A stretch of DNA of 64,000 nucleotides from Lama guanicoe (GCA_013239625.1 MU053347.1:92132-156131); one strand, 5' to 3'. Shown: positions 25,597 through 40,385, counted from the stretch's first letter. Translations and numbers: made by a program. The notes: a model not told the origin generated them from the sequence alone.

Positions 25597-25615
25597 TAGC
25601 CATAGGTGGCGCTGT
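25597..25615 (+). promoter_or_regulatory. Candidate CTCF site
   Basis: tagccatAGGTGGCGCTG. The right half of the CTCF core matches well, the left half is imperfect. Confidence 0.45.
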
Positions 25616-26999
25616 TGCACCTTCTTACAGTCTTAATTTTCCTGTTTGTAAAAGAAGGCTTAAACAACGTGATTTTATTTTAATTTCTTTGCTTAACACT
25701 TCAGAATAGCAAAATGTCCATTGTTTCTGTCTACCTGGAAAAATTATTCTGCTTACATCTCAGTTTTATTCTGTCATCTCGCTGTGAACATTTCAGACTT
25801 GCTGTGCAAACAATGGCAAAATCTTACTTTGCTTCCAGTGTTAGAAACCAGTGAGCCGGGATTTTATAAAACAGCTGGAAGCAGCCGCTGGAACACCTTA
25901 AATGTGAAAAGTGTATTGAGTTCCCTGAGTATTGACCCTGCCGCTGTGTGTTAATAGGTGGGAAGTGATTTGGCACATATAAGAAGGGGTGTAGTGCTTT
26001 GACTTGGGTTTGCGTGCACGCGCTGCCACTGAGCCATGTGAGACTGAGTCAGTTCGTTCTGAGTTTTTCCCTCGTCTGTGAGATGGGGACGCTCGTATCT
26101 GCTTTGTAGAATTTTGAGAATTAGAAATTATGTACATTGTTTACCACAGTGGGTATGTCAAGAGGGCTCATAAACTTTAGCTGCTGTTTTGTGTGAAGCC
26201 ATCATTTAATGGTCTTTGGGAATTACTAAGAAACAGGAAATTAAGTAAAGCTGGTTTTATGATGAAAGATATTTGAGGAGGTTCCATAGTTCCTATACCC
26301 ATAATTAAGCATCAGCAGAGTCAGAACTGTTACACAGTCACCCTGAAACAATGTTAAGCCACAGAATTTTTTGTTACTTCATATATGTTGGAGCTTAACG
26401 GGATCCAATATTTATACCCATGTTGTCTCCAGCAGCCAACTCAGAGATGACTGAAAAGAGTAGGCAGTCGATAAATGTCTTCTTTGTTACTGATGAAGCC
26501 ACGTTCTCCATAAAATTCAGGGCTGTGGGAAAATGCATGTCGTGATACTGTGTCCCAGATGTAGAGACTCACCGTGTCCCATGTAGCTCTGTGCGACAGC
26601 GAGCCTTCCCTTGAGAGGACCTTCCCCTTCATGCACAGGGCTGTCCTGCCATGGAGTTGAGCATCCCGGGTTCTTCCTAAGGGTGGCCAACACTGGAGGG
26701 AAAGGAAGGGTTTCACATGCCCTGCTTGTCTCCCCGGACTCACATCTCACTCTGTATTGTGACAAGGGCTATCTGTGGGCCAGTGGTCAGCGGTGTGAAG
26801 GAAGAAGCACTCTCCATGGCCCAGAGGAATGGGGAGGAGGAAACTCCTCCCTCAGTTTAAACAGGTGGTGGGATGAAACAGAAGGGTGCTCCCCATGAGT
26901 TTATAAAAGGAGAAATAAGGATTTTCTTTGGGACTTAGACTAGCCAGGAAACATATAAGATGATTAGAAGGGAGACTTGTAAATTACTTTAATATTAAG

Positions 27000-27215
27000 T
27001 TGACATTTGTTGAGCACCAAAAATGTGCTACATTCTTTTCTGAGAGTTTTACAGAAATGAATCCTTCAATCTTCTCAACAAGTGAGTAAGGAAGGTTTGA
27101 TTGTTATCCCAGTTTAACAGTGTGCAAATTGAGGCACACCGAGGGTAAGTAATTTGGCCAAAGTCAGAGAACTAGTAAGTGGCAGAGCTGGTATTTAAAC
27201 CCTGGCTGTCTGGTT
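27000..27215 (-). mobile_element. MIR SINE
   Basis: catttgttgagcac...atcccagtttaacagtgtgcaaattgaggcac..agggtaagtaatttggccaaagtca..actagtaagtggcagagctgg. Confidence 0.85.
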
Positions 27216-28650
27216 TTGAGGCTTACAGAAATAGGCTTTGGTTGTTTAGAGGTATCTGCATGCCTTGATCTCTGTACCCCTGTGCATCAGTTAGCACAGA
27301 AAGGACAGGGAAAGGAGAGTTTCTTATGTGCTCACAGTCGTGTCTCAGCCAATGTCCATGGAGAGTGCACCGTGATTAGAATTAATTGTTTTCCAGGCAG
27401 TAGACCTTTTCGTAAAACAGAAATTTAGTTCATTGAGATAATCTAGAAACCCTTCCTGCTCTGCTTCTGTCCACGCTTGCCATGTGACTGCCTGCCCGTG
27501 ATTGGGCCGTTGAGGAGAAAATGTGCTCATGGTTGATATTTCAGTCTGGTTCATAGTTGCACGTCTTCTGTTACATTAATAAGATACGTTTCTGGTTTTC
27601 TTGCATCAGTGTGTCATGAGTTTGGTTAATGTGAAACCAGTCCATGGGAGCCCAGGTGTGCTGACTGCATAATTTTTGAGCACGTTGTGGCACTTCTACC
27701 CGTGCAGACCTAACTGGAGGATGTCCGCCTTCCGCACTGATTTCCCCCAACAGCAGGGTCCTCTCCCACCCCCGGACATGAGGCTGGGAGCTCTCTGAGA
27801 AGGCCAGTTAGAGGCCAAGTCCACCAATCAGAAAATGATGAAGTACATGGAAGTGGGTTTAATGAAGGAAAGGACTTCCAGGTAGTCTGATGGGCTGTTC
27901 AAGTCCATTTGGTGAGGAGCTGTCCACTCTCTGTGCTTGAGCTGCTTCTTTGCTGTTGAAAAGTCTGAAGTAGATGAAGGGATTTTAAAAAGCAGAAAGA
28001 AGTGATTTCAGGTGGTACATCCACACCGGGCAGATGTCATGGATGACCGCCTATGTGAAGCATAGACAGAGTCTTACAAACTTCATGAAACCGCTTTAAA
28101 AGCTCTGCCATGTGAGTGCACTTCATATGGGGTCCAGTTCATAACTGGTCGCGCTGAGAGGGCAAGTAACTGATGATGGCAGAAAGGACACGGAGGCATC
28201 AAATAGGTCTCAGTCATGTTCCGTGTTTAGAGGATGCGGCACAGTGTAATATATTTGAGCTGGTTTTCCACTGAACACTTTTGAATGTTTTCTGGGACTC
28301 CCCAGTTCCCCAAGTTTCCATGCAGCTGGGTGTCCCCTCAGAGGAGCACTGTCAGCGCTTGCCCTGGGCTGACGTGGTGTCACGGGGAGCAGGACGGTCA
28401 GCGTCCCCGGCTCCTCCGAGCTCCGTCTCCTCATCCGCAGCGCTGGGTTTCTCATCCGTGTCTACTTAGTAGGGTTGCTGAGAACCACACGTGATGGTTG
28501 TCAGGTGTGATTAGTGGTTGTCTCTGTGATTGCCATATAGTCAATATTTGATAGAAACTTGTTTTTTATTAAAATTATGGCTCCTAGATTGCAGTGGTTT
28601 TTAGTCTGCATTTCTTTTTTTATAACTTTATTCTTATTTTTAAACAAGCA

Positions 28651-28748
28651 CTTATTTTTATTTACTTTTATGAAGGTACTCGGGATTGAAGCAAAGACTT
28701 TGTGCATACTAAGCAGGTGTTCTACAACTGAGTAATACAGACCCTCCT
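28651..28748 (-). mobile_element. Camelid Vic-1-type SINE
   Basis: aggtactcgggattgaag...tgcatactaagcaggtgttctacaactgag. Confidence 0.8.
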
Positions 28749-31700
28749 TGTCTGCACTTAAAAATAAATATTTCAATACACAAAATAGCTCTTAAACACC
28801 ATCATGGGACCTAGTGTCTGTATAGACAATTGAATACATATGCTATTTCAATAAGAATAAATGTTGTTGGGACATACTTTCTGAATCTGTTTAAGTGTTT
28901 AAAAATGATCATAGGTAGTGATAAACACGAGTCTTGGATCCACTTCTTCTTAGGGTCTGTTTTGCCATAATGGGAAATTATATTCTGCAGAGAAGGCTAA
29001 TTGGGTCTCGTTGATATTTCGATGATTTAGCAGATGATGAAGGCCTTCAAAAGCTGACAGTTTTGTATTTGAAACTAACTACAAAGTTATCTTCTAGGAG
29101 TTGGAAGTCCTCAGCTTGTGAAGTGCCCAGTAATTCAGTGTGTACAAGTCTGTGTCTCTGTGAACGTGTGTGTGTGTGATTTCATGAAGGTAGAAATAAG
29201 TTCCATATAGACTTCTGATACCTTTCTCCTCCAGTTCAAGGTGTAGGCTTATATTTACACAAATAAATTGATATTCTTTTGTCATTTGGCATATTGGTGG
29301 GAATAAAATGTTCTCATACTTGTTTCAGAAGGGTTGGGGAGCATGAGCTTAGAAAATAGGAGGAGATAGGGGCAGGGAGGTTCTTTACTCTTTGTGCAGT
29401 ATATGAGAAAGAGTAGCTTTTCTTTTTTCTTCTAAAGCAAACTGGCACTGAATTGTAACATACTATTACTCAGAATTGCTTTTCTGATCATATACAAGTG
29501 CCTCAGATTTTTCAAGGCAACATGAATGATGAAATGTGTTTTGTTTATAAAAGTAGTTGTATTTTTCATGTAAAAGGCTATAGCCTGTTCTTTCTTCCAG
29601 TTTTACAAGAAGTTCTCATTGATCCAGGTACATGATAATTGTGCTTAGTTTCTTTGGGTTTTTGTTTTTTTTTAAGTGCTTGTTTCATTGTGGTGTGAAT
29701 GAATGTTTAAAATTTCTGGATTTTAATCTTTAGAATATACTGATTTATCAGAACTGTTAATAACCTGATTGTTGTTTGGTCCTCGTTTGGTGGGGCAACC
29801 TATTGAATTCTGTTGTCTCTTAAAGAGGGAAATTCTTCCTCTAGCCTGCAGATCATTAAGTGAATGGTTTTCAGTGTGCCTTAAAATTCTTTGAATGCTT
29901 TGAGCATGTTTGTCCAGTGAATTTTGAATTGAGTCATTGTAATGACTTTGCTTTCTTTCTGTGGCTTTTGCTCCTCTCCACATAAATTTGAATTCTCTGT
30001 TTCATTTTGTATACGTGTTCTTAACAGGGGAAGAAATATTGCATTTTTTACAGAGGTGGGTTTTCCTATCCCCTCTGAATGCCTCCTGTAATTGTTACAG
30101 CGAAAATCTGTTATTGCAGTGCTTAATTATTTCATAAAGTATTTTTTGGCTTAATCAAAACAATGACAAAGAATGATAATAAAAAATATGAAAACCTTCC
30201 TTCTTTGAAAAATAGAAATGAGGTGGTCAGGCTTAGGCATGCTTTGTACCTGACACCCTTACTTTAATGACATTGTGTATCATGATTCGGAGATGGAGTT
30301 GCTTCAGGTTTGTAGATTTTTGTTTTAACATTTGTGTTGAATTCATTCTCTAGGCTGATGTTTCCTGTTGGGTTTGTGGAAAGTGTAGATGAAGGGAAAC
30401 AAATGCTTTGTTTTGTATTCAGGAGGCCTGAGTTGCTGATGAGAAAAGAGTAGAGGGTGGGCTGAGGAAAAGAGTGGCACTCCCTCTCCTACAGGCTGAA
30501 ATTGATGAACAGTGAAATCAATTAGGTGTATCGGTATTTGACCAATAGATGTCAGAGTGCCCAGAATGTCTAATTATGCGCAATGGAAAGTAATGAATTC
30601 ACCTGCAGAATTAGGTGATTTACCAAGTGGAAGCAGCTTAGAGCAATTAGAAAAATCAGTCCTATGATGAGATATAAAAAGAATATAATATCTATTATTT
30701 CTGAAACTTTTCTACGTTAAGTTGTGTAGAGCTAAAGTTAAGTTTCAAGCACCAGGAGTTAAGAGTCTGGGTGGTTCTGTGGGGTCGTTATTCAGGGATG
30801 TGTCTAGACCCTGCTGGAATGGCTGAAGCTGGCAGGAAAAGACCCAGAGCCTGGATTTGTCACCCTAGGGTGTCCTCCATAATAGTTCCATGTGGTAGCC
30901 CATGATTGGGTTGACAAATTCTAACAAACCCCAGACGCATGTCAAATTTAAGAAGAAAAAATTGTGCTTAGTAACTGCTTTCAAGCAAGCACCTGTGCAT
31001 CCTCACTCCTGTCTCCTTGCCATAAAAAGCAGAGACAATGCCTTGCTTACATATTTGAGGTTTTAGATAGCACTCTGCTGGTTGCATAGCAATGACCCAT
31101 GCCCTCAGTTATAAACGCTGGGCTTGTGTGCTGTTAGATAGTCTGTTATCCCCAAAACAGGGACCTGGCTGGTCTGGTGGTCTGCTTTGTAATGAACTTA
31201 TCTAAAGAATGTATTTTGTTCCCCTCTCCCCATGACTTCACTAAAGGTAAACTAAGCCTTTTTACTCATGGTGGATTCTACAATCTCTGTCTCATCCTGT
31301 CTTTCCCCAAGTTCCTGCTTACTATCACACAACTGTTAAAGACTATTTGCTTTGATTATACACAATAAACATGGGAGCATTTGAGAGGCTCTTGGAATTG
31401 GCTCCCTACTTCCTCTCGCTTTCTTTCCTTTTTCCACAGTCTTGAGTAATTCATTCCCTGTAGGTAAGACTTCTGCCAGCCAGAACCCACAGTTCCAGGT
31501 GAGAAGGATGCAGGCTTTATCTCTCCTACCAGAGGGAGAGAGAGAAGAGAATTGAGATCTGCTCCCCCATCGTCCCTTCCTGCCCCAGGGCCACTCCAGT
31601 TCACCTACAGTCTTCTGGCCTCTGCTCTCAGTGCCTCTGTCCCAGGACTGACAGCAGCCTTTTCTTCCCTTGTCAACATTTCCTGTGCCTTTCAGAAGTT

Positions 31701-32269
31701 GGTCTCTTCTCTGCAATTCAACCCTGGCAGATGTATTGGTGGTCAGCGTGCTGGTGGGCAGTCACTTGGGGACTACCAGGAGCCATGCTCATTCTCCTGA
31801 ATCTCTCATTAGGGGTACAGAACTGTCGAGCACCAGAGGAAGCCCATTTACGTGAGGTCAACACAGCATTATATCACTTTCATTTTATTTTTGACTTTTC
31901 AGTGGAGAAATTATTTGTAGCACACTGTTCCAGATTTTTGGCCTCCTGCTTTCCTCACCACCATTTCTTTGTTGGCTCTGGTGCTTGTTTTACGAACCAG
32001 GTTTCTTCTCTGGTCATTTCTAGCAGCTGGGCTTGCCGAAGCCTTAATCTGCATTTGAAGCAGAATGCTTCATCGTGATGTGAAACTGATTTTCCTATTT
32101 CTGAATATTTCAGCAACTATTTCAAGTGAAGTTCTCTTGTCCAATTTCAGTTAACTCACATTTGCTTAACTCCTGCTTACATGTTGAGGGCAGTTTCTTC
32201 TTCCTGTAATAAAAGTTAGCAATTTGCATTTACTATGGGAAGGTACTGGCCCGAGGTGCTTTTGTTCTT

Positions 32270-33295
32270 AACAGTTTTAATAACAATTCACCCATTAAAA
32301 TGTACGGTCTTTTTTACTCTATGCCCAGAATTGTGAATCCCATTCAATCTTAGAATATTTTCATTCCCCCAACAGGATGCCCCATACGCATAAGCAGACA
32401 TTCCCATATTCCCCATCCTCCCACAGCCACAGGGAGCCATTTTTCTCTCTCTGTGGGTTTGCCTGTGCTGGAAATTTCATATAAATCGAGTTACTTCATG
32501 TAAGTGGAACCATCTATTGTGACTGACTTCTTTCACACTGAGTAACGTTTTCAATGTTTGTCCACGTTGTGGCCTGGGTCAGTACTCTATGCTTTCCTAT
32601 TGCTGAATAATATTCCACTGTATGGCTGGGCCCCACTGTTTGCCAGTTCATCAGGTGATAGGCATTTTGGTTGTTTCTGCTTTTTGGCTGTGATGAGTAG
32701 TGTCGCTGTGAATATTCCTGTAGGAGTTTTTATGTGAACATTTGTTTTCAGTACTCTTACATGTGTGCCCAGGAAGCAAAATTGTCTGGTCATTCAGAAA
32801 CCAAATGTTCAGCTCTCTGAGGACCTGCCAGGCATTTTTCCAATGTGGCCACACTGTGTTACGTCCTCACCAGCAAGGGCTGCGCGCTCCGCTTCCTCTG
32901 TGTCCTCATTAGTGCTTGTTACACTTTTTTTGATTATAAATTATTGTAGTGAGTGTGAAGCGGTTTCTCCTAGTGGTTTTGACTTGATTTCCCTTACAGC
33001 TAATGATATTGAACATCGTTTCATTGTGCTTATCAGCCATTTGTATATTTTCCTTGAAAAATATTTTTTCAGATCCTTTATTCATTTTTTAATTGAGTTG
33101 CCTTTAATTGTTGAGTTGTAGGAGTTTTTTTGTTTTTTTTTTGGAGATACAAATTCCTAATTAGATAAATGATTTGAAAAAATTTTCTCCTGTGTGTTGT
33201 TTTTTCACTTTCTGGATGGTGTCCTTTGAAGGAAAGTTTTAAATTTTGATGAACTCCAATTTATCTCTGTTTTCTTTTTTCCTTGTGCTTTTGAG
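32270..33295 (-). mobile_element. L1MB-like LINE 3' portion
   Basis: Antisense L1 3'UTR. Minus ORFs 32587-32854 (TATLLITAKKQKQPKCLS) resemble the ORF2 C-terminus. Confidence 0.85.
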
Positions 33296-34939
33296 GTAAT
33301 ATTTAATATATGAGGTATTTTATTTAAACTTTTATATACAAAATAACTTAATTCGTAGGACCGTTCTAGGAGACGGGTGCTGTTGTTGTCCCCAGTCTAT
33401 GGATCGGAGACTGAGATGCAGAAAATTTCACTGAAATATCAGTGTCACAGCTACCCAGTGCTGTGGGAGTTCAGACCCTCATGTTTGTCCCTAGCATGTG
33501 TGCTCTTCACCACCATGCTCCACTCCTTCCTGGAATCGTTAATGAAAAAGTCTTTCCTTTTTTTTATTTCTTGTTAGTTTTTGTTTTTCTCATTGGGGAC
33601 CTCATCTCCTCATTTTCCTTGCAGAGATCAGTGTAGGTTTATTTTAGGTCTCATGTAGGCAGAAGCATTGCTATCAGTTAACTTCTTTATTACACACTCT
33701 CCAGTGATGATTGTTGCTAGTTGACCTAATCAAGTCATGCTTAAGTCTTTCCTGCTCATGACACTAACAACACAGTCATGACTTACAGAAAGCTCAAAGA
33801 AGAGAGTACTTGATTGATTTTATTTTGCTAACCAATCAAACCAATCAAATAAAAACCCCAGAGTTGACACAGACTATAAGCCCTCCAGAATAGGGTCACT
33901 GTCTTCCTTCTGTTTCATTTGTTTGGTCACAGTGTCTGGATAGTGCATTGCTGTCCAGCAGTTTTGTTAGGATACAGTGCTCGTGAATCATTGTAAGGAC
34001 AAAATTTTGACAACAGACAGTTCATTTCATGAGGAAAAGTTAATGTAGAAATAATGCTCAGATCAATTTTAAAATTAAGCTTGTAATTTTGAGAAGAATT
34101 CAAGAAACCGTACAAAGATCTTTTTCACTAATTTTAGATCTATCTTAGACACATTATGGTTATATAGCAGAGTAATTTAGCAAGTAGATTTGACAAGAGG
34201 AGTTTATTACTGATTATTTGTTTTAGTTGGAATATTCTACCTGGGATAAAGTAATCAGTGCCCATAAATGAACAAATATGTTTGTATTTCTATGAAACAT
34301 GGGAGCAGACTACATATGTTTCTATATAATATATATGACTGTGTGTTTTAATTTGTCTGTCAGTGTTTTCTTAGTTTTTCAGCAATGTTGTAACTTTAGA
34401 ATTCTTCTAATTAAATCACCCCTGATTCTAGTGCAGTTTGTACTGTGTATCCTGCCTTATGCATGGGATTCCACTGTCCCCTCAGTGAGGAATTTCCTCT
34501 CCTATTGAGTTAGTAGCAGAGTTAAAGGAACTGTGATTTCTAGGCCTTTGCTCTCCATGTGTTTGCAGTTGACTGTCAATAAAGATTTTCCCTTTCTTGA
34601 GTTTTCATTGTTCAATTAGAATTTTTGAAAATTACTATTAATATGTTGCATCTGTCTCCCTAGAAACTTGACGTGTTTGTGCTTTTCACTTTTCAATTTA
34701 TGAAAAATGTAAATGCACTCTTGTTTTTAAGTAGTCCTTCTTCACTAGATATTTGTTTACATCTTTATAGTTAAAATATTTTTTCCCAATGAATGAATCG
34801 CTGTGTATGTTTTAAAAGATACCTTACTTTTTATTTTTCTTATTCTAACAGGTATATTCATTGTACAGAATTCAGAAAATAAGGATAAACACAGTAATAA
34901 CTTCACAATGGACTGTAATCTCATCTGGAGATACAGTTG

Positions 34940-35230
34940 TAAGGTTTGAAATTGAGAATTACAAGTCCTCTCACGTTGTTCTTCTTTTTCAAGTACGTTT
35001 TGGTTACAGAGACCCTCGAATTCCCATATGAATTGTAGCAGCAGCTCATCAGTTTCTGCAGAGGAGCCCGCAGGAATTGTGATCCAGACCACATTGAATA
35101 TACAGATCACTCTGGGGAGTACTGCCATTCCAAGAGCACTGTCTTCTGATCCAGGAATCTGCGTGGTGTGTCTGTCCTGGTATTTAGGTCTTCTTTAATT
35201 TTATTATTTCAACAATGCTTTGAGTTTACA
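34940..35230 (-). mobile_element. L1 ORF2 fragment
   Basis: Minus ORF MAVLPRVICIFNVVWITIPAGSSAETDELLLQFIWE resembles L1 ORF2 MAILPKxIYRFNAIPIKIP..FF.E..K.ILKFIW. Confidence 0.85.
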
Positions 35231-38049
35231 GAGTTTTATTTAACTTTTTTTTTTTGCCTTTTTACTGAGGAAAAGTGTGCAATGTACCGGGATCAGAAGT
35301 GTATTTGAGCCCTGCCACTTGCTGCCAACATGGTCGCTGTGCTCTTGCATTGCCTGCTCTACAATCTTGCACAGCATAGGACCTCAGTAACTCTCTCTAT
35401 CGAATGATTATATGATTGTTGGATGATGTTGAGAGTCCTTGTGATGATTATTTTCCCAAGCTTTTCCCAACTTCTTTACTATGCCCTTTCTCTTCCTTTC
35501 CTCCAGCTTGTGGTTCAGGCTACTTGTGGCATTGATTTTTCTTCTCTGTAGGCAATTCTTTTCACTGATTCACGATAATCTTACATGTGGGCTTTGGAAA
35601 CTTGCTAGATGTCAAGAAAGAGGAAATCCATTTCATGCTAGTATTTTTAGATTGTGGTATTCTTTTATCGATTGAAATTAAATCAGGCTGACCCCCTGAG
35701 CCCTCCCGTGAGCTGTTTTCGCCTTCCTACAGGTGATACTGCCCTGGTTGCTGAATGTGCCCTTCCCCCAGCCTTGGTTTTGGAGTTAAGTCACCATCAG
35801 TGGAGCCCTCTCTTTAAAAGATGAAGAGAACATTTGCTCCTTCTCCCTGGTTGGGGACCTGGATGAGATAAGGTAACAGATAAAGTATGGAGCATCACCT
35901 CATTCTGACCCCCGCTCGTTCCGTTCTTTTCTCCAGGGGAAAAGAGTACAATTCAACAGTATAAAGATTAATGTGAGCTAATGAGATAGACAAGACAACC
36001 GATCATTTATTAAATATCCTTTCATGCCAGAAACAAATGTATTATACACACAAACAGCACACAAAGCACGGTAGTACCGTGGTTACAAACGTGGGTCTGA
36101 GTTCGAGTCCTGCTCTGGAGTGGCCAGTCCTATGAGATGGAGAACTGGTAGGTCAGCTTAGCCTCTCCCGGGCTTGTTTTCTGTCCTGCAGAGACGGGGG
36201 TCGCTAGGCGTCCCCCCCGTAGAGGTGCTGAGTGGTGTAAATGACGCACGTGCGAAGCCCGAGCACAGCTGCTCGTTCCTCATAAGTTCAGGATAGAATG
36301 GATTTGCAGTGACGGCTTTATGACCGCCCCGTGTAGACTCTCAGTGCTCCGAAGGGATGCGTTGCGGTTTGGAGATGGGATTCTCACTTCTGTAAATACC
36401 CAAGGATTGTGTTATTGGGCCCTGCTGATTTCAATCTATTCTTTAGAAAGTACATATTTTAGATATATTTCTCAAGCATGCATGCTTTTTTCCTTTTATT
36501 ATTTATAGTTCTACCCTCTCATCTCTTGGTGTGACTTTTCATGGAATCCAGGAAACACTCCTAAGTCACCTGCCTCTTCACACTTCACCGTGGTGGTTTT
36601 CTTCCCTGACTAGAAGAGGGTTTTGACAGGAAATTTTCTTTGTTCTCCTTGTCTTGGAGTCTCTCTGTCTGTCTGCCCATCTCTCACCTGTTCATCTGTC
36701 CATTTCTCAAACCACTCATTCTTCTGAGTTTTTCCAAAATGCATTTCAGGCAGCTTACAGAAGAACATATACCAAATAAACAGGTGAGAAAATGGGGCCA
36801 AGTTTAGACAGTGAGGCTAGGAGGTGAGCCTGTGTGAGGGTTGCAGGCGCGAGGGACACGTCTCTGCCCTGTGACTTATAAGATCGACAGCAACATTATG
36901 CCTGAGGCTCCCATCAGACACAGGGAAACAGGGTATGTGGGAGATGCTCACTGGCTGTGAAATAAATTAGTGGCTTAGGAGAAGCCCAGCTTTTCCTGCT
37001 GCTAAGGCTTAGGAGAATATTTTGAGTGTCTTTCAAAATCAGAGTATTTCATCTTTTTTTTGTCAGAATTCTATGTATAGTTGGTTACATTCTATACCTG
37101 GAAATTTCTCCAAAACTGATTCCCACGTGAGTCCCATGGCTCAGGAATGGGGTGGTTCTGCTCATTGATGGGGATTGGCCAGAAACAGAAAATGACAGCC
37201 TCCAAGGATCCTGGGATTTTTCAGTTATGTTTTGTCAGTACTGTAGTGTTCAAAAAATGCTTTCAAAGTATCTCTCCATCTGAGGCGGCAGCGTGCTCTC
37301 TTACCAGCTTCAGGAGCTCAGGGCAACGGGATGGTGTGGGCTGACTGCACTGCCGTCAAGACAGCTGAGCTAGTCACGGCAGGTGCGGTTCTTTTACATA
37401 CTGCATTTCATGTTCTTTACTAGAATGTTTCAACAGGGAGTTAATTGAGTTAATTAACATTTAATAAAGATGATCTTTGTTGAAAAGACATTTATAGGCA
37501 GAATATAAGCTGTGAAGACTATAAAAACGGTTTCATTACTGAAATTTCATTTGGGAAGATAGTTTATCTTATATATGCCTCTCTTTTAAAGTAACAAAGA
37601 AACAAGACAGAAAAGGCAGAGGGTGATTTCTGTTCTTCCTCTTGGCTTGCAGGTGCCCTCACCCCCAATAGCATCAATCCAGACACCAGCACTGACACTG
37701 GCCGTGCTCAGAACTGCTTCAGCCCTGAAGACACTGCTGACAAATAGAAGGGGGCCGCGCCCTGTTACAGCAGGTGCTCTCACTTTGAGGGTCCTTATGT
37801 AACTGAGTGGTGTTATTGAGGATCGCCCATTCTACATTGTGTGACACTGCTATGGTGTCTCCTAGCTATTTGTTTCTGTAAGTACTCGTATATTGTTTTC
37901 AATGTGTGGTACTAAACATTTAAAAATGCTTTTTTCAGATGAAAAATAATGTGTACTTAATATAAAAGTCTGAAAAAAGGGACAAAAGTGTCTTCCTGGT
38001 CCCACTACTCAGAGATAATAATTAACACTTTAACATCTATTTTCTGTTC

Positions 38050-40385
38050 TTTTCATCAGTGTGTATTACCTCTGTCATAAAAACCAGTAAGCAATCTGTG
38101 CCTGTTTATTGTGTGGAGACCTCCATTTTCCATTCGGCTTATTACACGTTTTTCTACAATATTCTATCTCCCCTGGCATCATTTTTAATGACCAGTATAG
38201 CATTCTGTCTTCTGGAGGCAACGTCCATTTTACTGCGGACTTAAATAAACCTTTAAATTCCAAGTATACTTAACTGAAATACTGAAAAGAGGACTGTGGT
38301 GGTACCGAAAGGACCCTACATCCCTTCCCATTTTTCCTGAGAGTAAAAACTGCTGACAATGTGGTGTATATATTTCATGACCTTTATGCCTATGTCATAT
38401 ATATATACACACACATACATACACGTATATGAGAAAAACGTATATGACTATGTATATGTGTGTGTATATATGCTTTATTGAAAAATAAGGCCATATTATA
38501 TGTTTTCTGTAGCTCGGTATATTTACTCAGGTGTATATCATAGACATCCTCCCACTCCAGACTCACCCGGTCCTTTCAGATAGAGTAGGGGGTCTCCTGA
38601 TCTGTAGGTTTGGCCTCTTGTGTAAGGACACTTTTGGTGGGAGAGTACTGTGGACAAGGCCTTGGACCACGCCAAAACTCCGTCCCCTAAGTGCCCACAG
38701 CTCACCTTGATTTACCGCATCATTGTCTTGATGGTGGTCACTTAAGTTTTCTCCATTTTCCACTGTCAGAAAGGATGTTTGAATGGCATCCTTCTTGTAC
38801 AAACATTCCTGTGATCTTGTATGAGTATTCCTTTAGTTAAGGTTTCTGGAAATTTAATCCCTGGATGTGGCAATTTCATACATCACAAGGTCCTTTCAAG
38901 TGACTATAGAAATTCCTTCTCCAGTGGGGAATGAAAAGATGCACAATTACTTATGTAACCAATTCTCTGTCGCTGGATATAATTTCACTCCAGCTTTTCT
39001 TCCCACCATTGTAAAAAGTTCTGTGACAATATCCTGATGAGTACATCGTTTTGAACTGATTATTTTCCCTAACGAAATGATTCCTGAAAGTGGAGTTCAG
39101 TCTGTGTGTACACACGTTTTTCAGAGTTTACATATCCATTGACATGTCGTCCTCCAAAAAGATCGCTCACAGTTTGTTCTCTCAAAGATGGACACTAGCT
39201 AGAATATCTTTTAAAAATATTTGCCAATATGATGAGCAAAAGTGCTTTTTCATTGTTTTAGTTTGCACTTGATGACCAGTGAGGTATTGAGCATTTTTCA
39301 CTCATTAGCCATCTGACTTTTAAAAAGTGAATGATCCCTTTTGACCTTTGCACACATTTAAGTTAGGGAGCTTCTTGTTGCTTTGTGACAGCTCTTTGTA
39401 TGTTATGAACATTAACACCTTGTCTTCATCAACATGTATCACAGAGCTTTTACTTGTCATTTCTTGCCTTTCATTTTGTTCAGTATGTTTATCTTTGTTG
39501 TGGCCCAAAATAATCTTAAGATAGTAAATGTCTACTTTTTTGGTTTTATCCTTGATATTATTCTTAGAAATACTTTCTTACAATGGTATAAATCTCTTCT
39601 ATAGGTTTTTTTAATCTCTAAGTTGGAGATGATAATAGTACTTGCTATAGTGAGAGGAAGCTGAATTAATATGAGCAAAGAGTTGTATTTGCTTTTATTA
39701 GTACTTCCTGATATTTACATCACAATTACTAACTGTAATTTTTCTTGTGGTCATTATGACTGGAATAGAATTTCTTTTTCCAGGTGATTCTCTGATTGTC
39801 CCAGGACAATTAATGAATTCATAATTTGCTCTTTGATTTGAAATCCCACCTGTACAAAATACTCATGTACACTAGAGTCTCTTTTTGAGTGCATGGTTTA
39901 TTTCTGTCAATCTTACTTTCATACTCCAGTGCTATATCTTATAAAAATTTATTTAATATTTGACAGTGCGATTTTTTTTTCATCCTTTTTTCCATCGCTA
40001 ATTTTCTTGGCTAGTATTATGACTTTATTACTCCTGAAGAATTCTAAAATACTTTTTACAAGTTAAAAAGAAACAGATAAGAGCTGTCATGGGATTTTTT
40101 AGTAAGTTTTGAATTATCTTTAGGATAACGTCCATCTTTACAAAACTGTTTTCCTCCATACAATATGTTGATGTCTCTACATTCACACCTCTTACTTTAC
40201 CCCGTAGTACAGTCTTGTACTTTCTCCATGTACAACATGGGCATTGTTTTTGAGTTTATTCCAGATTATTGTTGATGTTTTTGTTAATTTTTTAAGTGAG
40301 AATTTTTTGCTACTATATATTTTAACTGTTAAATCTGACACCTAGGAAGGCAGATTCGGTTTGTAAATATTCACTTTGTAACTTG
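38050..40385 (-). mobile_element. Highly degenerate old L1 (L1ME-like) fragments
   Basis: Patches such as gagcatttttca..cattagccat, ttgtcccagga..attaatgaat, gagtttattcc, typical of antisense ancient L1. Confidence 0.6.
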
